Positions 58,512-64,000 of a stretch of 64,000 nucleotides of DNA are shown here, piece after piece. The notes under the pieces are model-generated. The model was given only the letters and a program-made list of their open reading frames with translations. It had not been told where the DNA came from and did not search any database. Made by a program: the position numbers and the translations under genes. Position 1 is the stretch's first letter. Each line of letters starts with the position of its first letter. Location of the stretch: assembly GCA_021202555.1 (NCBI GenBank), contig JAJQCT010000029.1, positions 170 through 64,169 on the forward strand, read 5' to 3'. This DNA is from Clostridiales bacterium. GTDB lineage: Bacteria; Bacillota; Clostridia; Oscillospirales; CAG-272.

Positions 58512-59993
58512 TTAAAGTGAGAATATGCTCTCCATTTCATCGGGGCAAACGGAGCGCTCGAATCTGACCTTCGCGGAAAGCGTTCTTTGGAGCGGCATGG
58601 GAATTTCACGTCCCGTCAGCTCCGAGAGCATACCAAGAGCCGATATTGAATCGGGCTTTTCGCAGCCTGTTATCGAGGAATAAACGTCGGCGGCGAATTT
58701 GAAGGGACTTGCCGTGCCGCACACGAGCATGGGAACCTCCACGCCGCGTTCCCCGATGAAGCTTTGAGCGGCGTGAAGCGCGACTGCCGTATGCGGATCG
58801 GAAAGAAAGCCGTACTCATGATAAAATTGCCTTATCGTTTCGGCGGTCACGCTCTCATTTGCGAAATATCCGACAAAATCGCGTCTTATCGCGCCGTATG
58901 TTTCGCTCGATACCGTATACTCGCCCGTCCCTGCGAGCTGACTCATATACCCGCACGTCTCGTCCGCTCCCGCGATAAAATAAAGCAGACGTTCGAGATT
59001 CGAGGAAATCAGAATATCCATCGACGGGGACATTGTGAGATAAAATTCGCGGTTTTTGCTGTATTTTCCCGTCGCCAGAAAATCTGTCAGCACATGATTC
59101 TGATTTGACGCGCATATGAGGCTTCCTATGGGAAGCCCCATTTTTTTTGCGATAAAGCAGGCGAGGATATTGCCGAAATTCCCCGTCGGAACTGTTACGT
59201 TCAGGGTATCGCCGTATTTTATGACACCTCTCCCGCAAAGCGTGCAGTATGCGGAGATATAATATACAATCTGAGGCGCAAGCCGCCCCCAGTTTATCGA
59301 ATTTGCGCTTGAAAGGAACACGCCCGCATCGGCAAGGCGCCTGTTTATCGCGCTGTCGGCGAAAATGCGCTTTACACCGCTTTGCGCATCGTCAAAATTA
59401 CCGCCCCTGACAGCGACGACATCGACGTTTTCGCCCGCCTGCGTCGTCATCTGAAGCTTCTGAATGTCGGAAACTCCGTTTTCGGGGTAGAATACGGTGA
59501 TTTTCACGCCCGGAACACCGCGGTAGCCCTCAAGCGCCGCTTTTCCGGTATCGCCCGACGTGGCGACGAGTATGTGCGCAGTCTTTGTCTCGCCGATTTT
59601 TTTCAAAGCAGCTGAAAAAAGCCTCGGCATGAGCTGAAGCGCCATATCCTTGAAGGCGCACGTCGGTCCGTGCCATAGCTCAAGCACAAAAACGCCGTCC
59701 TTTATCGTCGTCGTCACCTCCGCGCCGTCGGGAAAATTCTCCTCGGAATATGCCTCCCGGCAGAGCGTCAGAAGCTCCTCTTCTGAAAAATCGTCGAGAA
59801 ACATTGAAAGCACATACGCCGCGCGACCTACGTAGTCGAGCGCCGAAATATGCCGAAAATTCTCTTCATCAAGCGTCGGTATCGTTTCGGGAACGTAAAG
59901 CCCGCCGTCGGGCGCAAGTCCGCGGCAAATCGCCTCGGAGGGTGTCACGTATGTTTTGTTTTTCTTTGTATCTCTCGTGCTTACGTATCTCAT
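58512..59993 (-). CDS. thrC: Threonine synthase
   Basis: YVSTR, GLAPDGGLYVP, HGPTCAFKDMA, ATSGDTG, SANSINWGR, PTGNFGN. Confidence 0.97.
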   Translation of the reverse strand: MRYVSTRDTKKNKTYVTPSEAICRGLAPDGGLYVPETIPTLDEENFRHISALDYVGRAAYVLSMFLDDFSEEELLTLCREAYSEENFPDGAEVTTTIKDGVFVLELWHGPTCAFKDMALQLMPRLFSAALKKIGETKTAHILVATSGDTGKAALEGYRGVPGVKITVFYPENGVSDIQKLQMTTQAGENVDVVAVRGGNFDDAQSGVKRIFADSAINRRLADAGVFLSSANSINWGRLAPQIVYYISAYCTLCGRGVIKYGDTLNVTVPTGNFGNILACFIAKKMGLPIGSLICASNQNHVLTDFLATGKYSKNREFYLTMSPSMDILISSNLERLLYFIAGADETCGYMSQLAGTGEYTVSSETYGAIRRDFVGYFANESVTAETIRQFYHEYGFLSDPHTAVALHAAQSFIGERGVEVPMLVCGTASPFKFAADVYSSITGCEKPDSISALGMLSELTGREIPMPLQRTLSAKVRFERSVCPDEMESIFSL

Positions 59994-60009
59994 AAGCAAG
60001 CTCTCCTTT

Positions 60010-60417
60010 TCATGAAATCACAGCATTTTTAATGTGTCTGACGCGCGGCGCGCCGTCGGTCAGATAAACCTCGATAACGTCAATTCTTACGCGCCTTTCC
60101 GCGCACTCGCGCGGATGCTTTTTAATATATCCGTCCGCCGCGTATTTTAAGTTTTTCCGCTTTGTATATCCGACGGCGGACGCGGGTCGCCCATATCTTT
60201 CGGCAACGCCCGCATCCCGCGTTTTGACCTCGCAGAACACTACAGTCTCGCCCGCAGGGTCGACTGCGATTATGTCAATTTCGCAGTGTCCCGAATAATA
60301 ATTTCTCGCAATTACAGTATAGCCGTGGTATTCGAGAAATTCGACGGTGGTGTCCTCGCCCGCATCTCCCCGACGGCGCATTTCCGCGCCGTTTATCTCA
60401 CATCCGTTCGTCATCAT
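60010..60417 (-). CDS. yraN: YraN (UPF0102) family protein
   Basis: G..GE, NY....EIDII, FCEVKTR, RIDVIEV. Confidence 0.92.
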   Translation of the reverse strand: MMTNGCEINGAEMRRRGDAGEDTTVEFLEYHGYTVIARNYYSGHCEIDIIAVDPAGETVVFCEVKTRDAGVAERYGRPASAVGYTKRKNLKYAADGYIKKHPRECAERRVRIDVIEVYLTDGAPRVRHIKNAVIS

Positions 60418-61018
60418 TCAAAAACGAAAGAAACGTCCTTCTGTGGCACTCGGTGGGACCGAGGCGTTGCAGCGCCTCCATATGCTCCTTTGTGCCATAC
60501 GATTTATTCTTTGCGAACCCATAGCCCGGATATTCGCGGTCAAGCCCGACGAGAAGCCTGTCTCGGTATACCTTCGCTAAAATCGACGCCGCCGCGATTG
60601 AGGGCGATATTCCGTCGCCGTGAATTACCGTGCGCGCCGCTATCCCGTCAAATTCCGGCGATTTGTTCCCGTCAACAAGCACAATTGAAGGCACGACGGA
60701 AAGCTTTGAGACGGCGCGTCTCATCGCGAGCATGGCGGCGTTCAGTATGTTCATCTCATCGATTTCCGAAACGGATGCCTCGGCGATTCCGTAAGCCACG
60801 GCGGACGAAACAATAATATCGTAAAGCGTCTCGCGACGCTTCGCGGACAGCTTTTTGGAATCGTTCAGTCCCTTTATCATAAGCCCGTCGGGCAAAATAC
60901 AGGCGGCGGCGACGACAGGTCCCGCAAGGCACCCTCTCCCCGCCTCATCGCACCCCGCGATAACGCCATAGCCCATGGCGCGGCATTCGTTCTCTATCGT
61001 GTATTCAAGCTCAGTCAC
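60398..61018 (-). CDS. rnhB: Ribonuclease HII
   Basis: DEAGRG.LAGPV, DSKKLS, SIAAASILAKV.RD. Confidence 0.97.
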   Translation of the reverse strand: MTELEYTIENECRAMGYGVIAGCDEAGRGCLAGPVVAAACILPDGLMIKGLNDSKKLSAKRRETLYDIIVSSAVAYGIAEASVSEIDEMNILNAAMLAMRRAVSKLSVVPSIVLVDGNKSPEFDGIAARTVIHGDGISPSIAAASILAKVYRDRLLVGLDREYPGYGFAKNKSYGTKEHMEALQRLGPTECHRRTFLSFLNDDERM

Positions 61019-61907
61019 AGAGCGTCCCCCTCGCGGTCGAGACAGGCGTCTCGAGCGTTATTCTTCCGATTTTTGCCGCGCGGAACTCGTCGAGCAGCAT
61101 ATTTGCCGTGCGCTCCGTTGAAACCTCGCCGCCCGACACAAGAAATCCGCGCTTTTTGCCTATTAAATTCATAAGCTCAAAGTCGGAAAGCTCGTCCCTT
61201 GACGGGATTTGCTCAAGCTTATATCTTTCGCGCAAAAGCTCGGGATAAGTCTCGCGCAGCCGCCCGAGAAGCGCCGCCGCGAGCGTTTCCGTATCGAGTA
61301 TCGCGTCCTTTATTGCGCCCGTGAAGGCGAGATTTTCGCCTACGCGGCGTTCGTCGAATTTGTGCCACAAAACGCCCGGGGTATCAAGCAGATCAAGCCC
61401 CGTCTTTGTCGCTATCCACTGCTGCCTTTGCGTAACGCCGGGACGATTTTCCGCCTTTGCGCGGCGCTCGCCGGCGAGCCTGTTTATGAGCGTCGATTTT
61501 CCGACGTTCGGTATTCCGACAATCATCACTCTGATGTGCCGTCCCGTCATTCCCTTCGCCTCGCGGCGCTTTATCTTTTCAGACAGCATTTCCGTTATCG
61601 TCGGCGTTATTTTGGAGATTCCCGCCCCCGTCACGCAGTCAATGGGAAGCGGAACGGTTTGTCCGCGATTTTTGAAATAAGAAACCCATGCGTCGGTTTT
61701 TGATGTATCGGCAAGTCCGCTTTTATTCAGTACAGTAAGCGTCGGTTTCCCCGAAAGCAGCTTTGTAATTTCGGGATTGCGCGACGAATATGGGATTCGC
61801 GCGTCGAGTATCTCGATTACGGCGTCAACAAGAGCAAGGCTTTCCTTTATCTGCCGGCGCGTCCTTGCCATATGACCGGGAAACCACTGAATTTCCGTTC
61901 CGGGCAT
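61011..61907 (-). CDS. rbgA: Ribosome biogenesis GTPase RbgA/YlqF
   Basis: IQWFPGHM, DARIP.SS, GIPNVGKS, DTPG. Confidence 0.97.
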   Translation of the reverse strand: MPGTEIQWFPGHMARTRRQIKESLALVDAVIEILDARIPYSSRNPEITKLLSGKPTLTVLNKSGLADTSKTDAWVSYFKNRGQTVPLPIDCVTGAGISKITPTITEMLSEKIKRREAKGMTGRHIRVMIVGIPNVGKSTLINRLAGERRAKAENRPGVTQRQQWIATKTGLDLLDTPGVLWHKFDERRVGENLAFTGAIKDAILDTETLAAALLGRLRETYPELLRERYKLEQIPSRDELSDFELMNLIGKKRGFLVSGGEVSTERTANMLLDEFRAAKIGRITLETPVSTARGTLCD

Positions 61908-62644
61908 TATGAAAACCTCTTAAAATGAGTGAAGCTTGAAATATCAAACACCACCCGCCCGAATATCTGCCGCTCGTCAATCACTCCGAGCAGAATATTC
62001 CGGCTGTCCGTCGAATGGTTGCGGTTATCGCCCATAACGAAAACGCATCCTTCGGGCACCGTATAGGGGAATGTGATTCCCGTCGCCGTCACCGTTCTGT
62101 CTGAGGCGAGATAACGGTATTCCGACTCGTCAAGCACTACCCCGTCAACCGTCACAGTCCATGTTTCAAAATCGATGTCTATCGTCTGCCCTCCCGTGGC
62201 GATTACGCGCTTTACAAGCGCCGTGTCGCCCCAGTAATCGCTGTCGGTTTTCTGAAAAACCACAATGTCGCCGTACTGCGGCGAATAAAGAATATCAGAG
62301 ACGATGAGCGTATCCCCGTCGTAAAGCGTGTTGTTCATTGAATTTCCGTCAACGACTGCGAGCCTTACAAAAAACGTAAAGACTATGATTATGACAGACG
62401 TTGAAATCGCAAGCGTCTCCGTCAGGTCAAACAGCATTGAGAGCGGCGAGACCTTTTCCTCGCCCGACTTATCGTCTTTTTTCGGAGGTTCCCCTCCGCC
62501 GCCATCCGCTTTCCTTGGAATTTCCTCTTTTTTGCCCGCGTTCATGTTAAAATCTTCCGCGTCAACATCGATTCCCTTCAGATTGAAAAAATCTCCGTCC
62601 TGACCGTTTCCCATGCTGCCGTTCATATTGTTCTCGTTCATCAA
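61907..62644 (-). CDS. lepB: Signal peptidase I
   Basis: GNSM..TL, VKRVIA, FVMGDNRNHSTDSR. Confidence 0.95.
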   Translation of the reverse strand: MMNENNMNGSMGNGQDGDFFNLKGIDVDAEDFNMNAGKKEEIPRKADGGGGEPPKKDDKSGEEKVSPLSMLFDLTETLAISTSVIIIVFTFFVRLAVVDGNSMNNTLYDGDTLIVSDILYSPQYGDIVVFQKTDSDYWGDTALVKRVIATGGQTIDIDFETWTVTVDGVVLDESEYRYLASDRTVTATGITFPYTVPEGCVFVMGDNRNHSTDSRNILLGVIDERQIFGRVVFDISSFTHFKRFS

Positions 62645-62696
62645 TTCACCTCACTAAGGTCTCTGACCGTTTCTAAACGTCTTATTCGATAATATC

Positions 62697-62824
62697 GAGC
62701 GCTAAACCGCAAATATTCGATTCAAATCTATGATTTTAATCGAATATTTGACAGACTTGAATAATGAATCTGCGATTTATTATTCAATGTCTTATTATAC
62801 CATATAAAGCGCCAAACCGCAAAT
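62697..62824. repeat. Third copy of the promoter plus double-hairpin repeat, plus the start of a further truncated unit
   Basis: GAGCGCTAAACCG, hairpin 62710-62750, ACAGAC, hairpin 62757-62787, TGTCTTATTATACCAT, then AGCGCCAAACCGCAAAT. Confidence 0.9.
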
Positions 62825-62939
62825 GTTTTTTGAATCCTGACATGGACGGCAAAGTTGTGCGCATTTTTCGCGCTGAAAAAAATTTTTTTGAAAAATCGCG
62901 TTTTTAGGTGAGTACTTTTTCGTTTTTTTACGACTATAC

Positions 62940-63028
62940 AGTATAAAGGTCATGTGACCATGACCTTTATACTAACAAATATTTCGCTTGCGAAATATTG
63001 CTATTTCGCCTGCGAAATATTTGCCGGT
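62940..63028. repeat. Two adjacent palindromes (variant double hairpin)
   Basis: 15-bp perfect stem at 62940-62973; nested palindrome CAAATATTTCGC...GCGAAATATTTG at 62976-63023. Confidence 0.8.
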
Positions 63029-63159
63029 GAAATTATTTTGAAGGAGGGTTTATCATGAAAAATGCTCATTTTCGGCGTTTGCGCACGCCTTGATTTGACG
63101 TTTTGCAAAAAATCTTTTGTCAAATCAAGCATTTTGCAAAGGATTTTTTCAAGAAATGA

Positions 63160-63188
63160 TTGACAGACGCAAAAAGATGTGGTACAAT
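63160..63188 (+). promoter_or_regulatory. Sigma-70 promoter of the lipoprotein gene
   Basis: TTGACA-17-TACAAT with extended TG. Confidence 0.75.
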
Positions 63189-63251
63189 TTATATTGAAAA
63201 GGGCTTTGCGCCCGACATCATGTATTTTATTTTTCAAAGGAGGATTATGCC

Positions 63252-64000
63252 ATGAAGAAAATTTTGATTCTCATTCTCGCGCTTGCGATGTGCTTTTCGG
63301 TCGCATCATGCGCAGACAATGTGGATGCTGACGAGATAAAATCGGCAGACACCGACACGACCGCAATGGAGACGGAGAACGAGACTGACACAACCGACAC
63401 GACCGAATCGGAGACTGAAAGCAATACCAAATCACAAAAGATGAAACGGAAGAAGCGACGGAGAAGGAGACGATAACCGAAACGGAAGAAACTGCGGAGA
63501 CAGTGAGCAATACAGAAGAACAAACCATAACTTCCGACGACGATGGAGAGCTAAGCATTTTTCCATATGCCTGGCGCAGCATGAACGCGATGATTGTGAC
63601 ATGGGGCGAGATTGACGAACTATCATGGTCAATCGACTATAAGAGCGTTGGCGTTGAAAATGTCGAGATTCTTTCCGCAACGATGAGTGAAAGTATTCTT
63701 CATGACAATTATCTCGTTGAATATTCATACGAAGAAGTTGTTTCGGACATCGATTATTTGCTGATTTCCGACGAATATTTGGATGATATTGTCGAGGGTG
63801 AAACAGCGTTGGTTTTCACACACAATTCAGTAAGTTATACGTATGGAAATGACGACGGCGAATCAGTATTTGAGTTTTGCTTTGTGCTGAGATATTCGAT
63901 TATTCCGATTGTAGATGGAAAGCTTGTCCTGCCGGATGATTTCTCTAAATCGCTCACGTATTACTTCACGGAAGGCAACACGTTCATGGAGAAAAATTAC
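63252..64000 (+). pseudogene. Acidic lipoprotein with a 1-nt frameshift near 63430 (runs off window end)
   Basis: Signal peptide and lipobox MKKILILILALAMCFSVASC. The T/E-rich linker continues in another frame (DETEEATEKETITE...) that stays open to 64000. Confidence 0.7.

Noticed and set aside
62908-62940. Alternative-sigma promoter (GAGTACTTTT...CGACTATA)
   Set aside because: Resemblance is from memory only, there is no cognate sigma gene in the window, and it cannot be supported from the sequence.

Overview
64 kb of a chromosome from a Clostridia-like (probably Oscillospirales-type) Firmicute, roughly 50-55% GC by eye. Most of it is housekeeping: nnr, pnp-rpsO, ftsK-tmk-mltG, guaA-purA-purB-dapL-dapF, tRNA-Gln and tRNA-Ser, rimP-nusA-infB, holB-ricT, lepB-rbgA-rnhB-yraN-thrC. 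There are three accessory blocks. (1) The left end holds the start of a gmd polysaccharide locus, next to an operon of DUF6870 plus three large serine recombinases and one degenerate resolvase-like ORF. (2) Back-to-back with that operon is a three-gene Shango-type anti-phage system (TerB_N/TerB_C protein, DUF2791 ATPase, Lhr-like helicase). (3) A decaying AT-rich islet at the guaA 3' end is flanked by a perfect 115-bp direct repeat and carries an SphI-like HNH restriction-modification pair. The most striking unexplained structure is a dispersed non-coding repeat family at 14162-14383 (two tandem units) and 62697-62824, with a variant at 62940-63028. Each unit is a sigma-70-like promoter followed by two long near-perfect hairpins. 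The stems vary between copies but stay self-complementary, and the loops are always 3 nt closed by C-G. All calls come from reading the sequence by eye; no database search was run.
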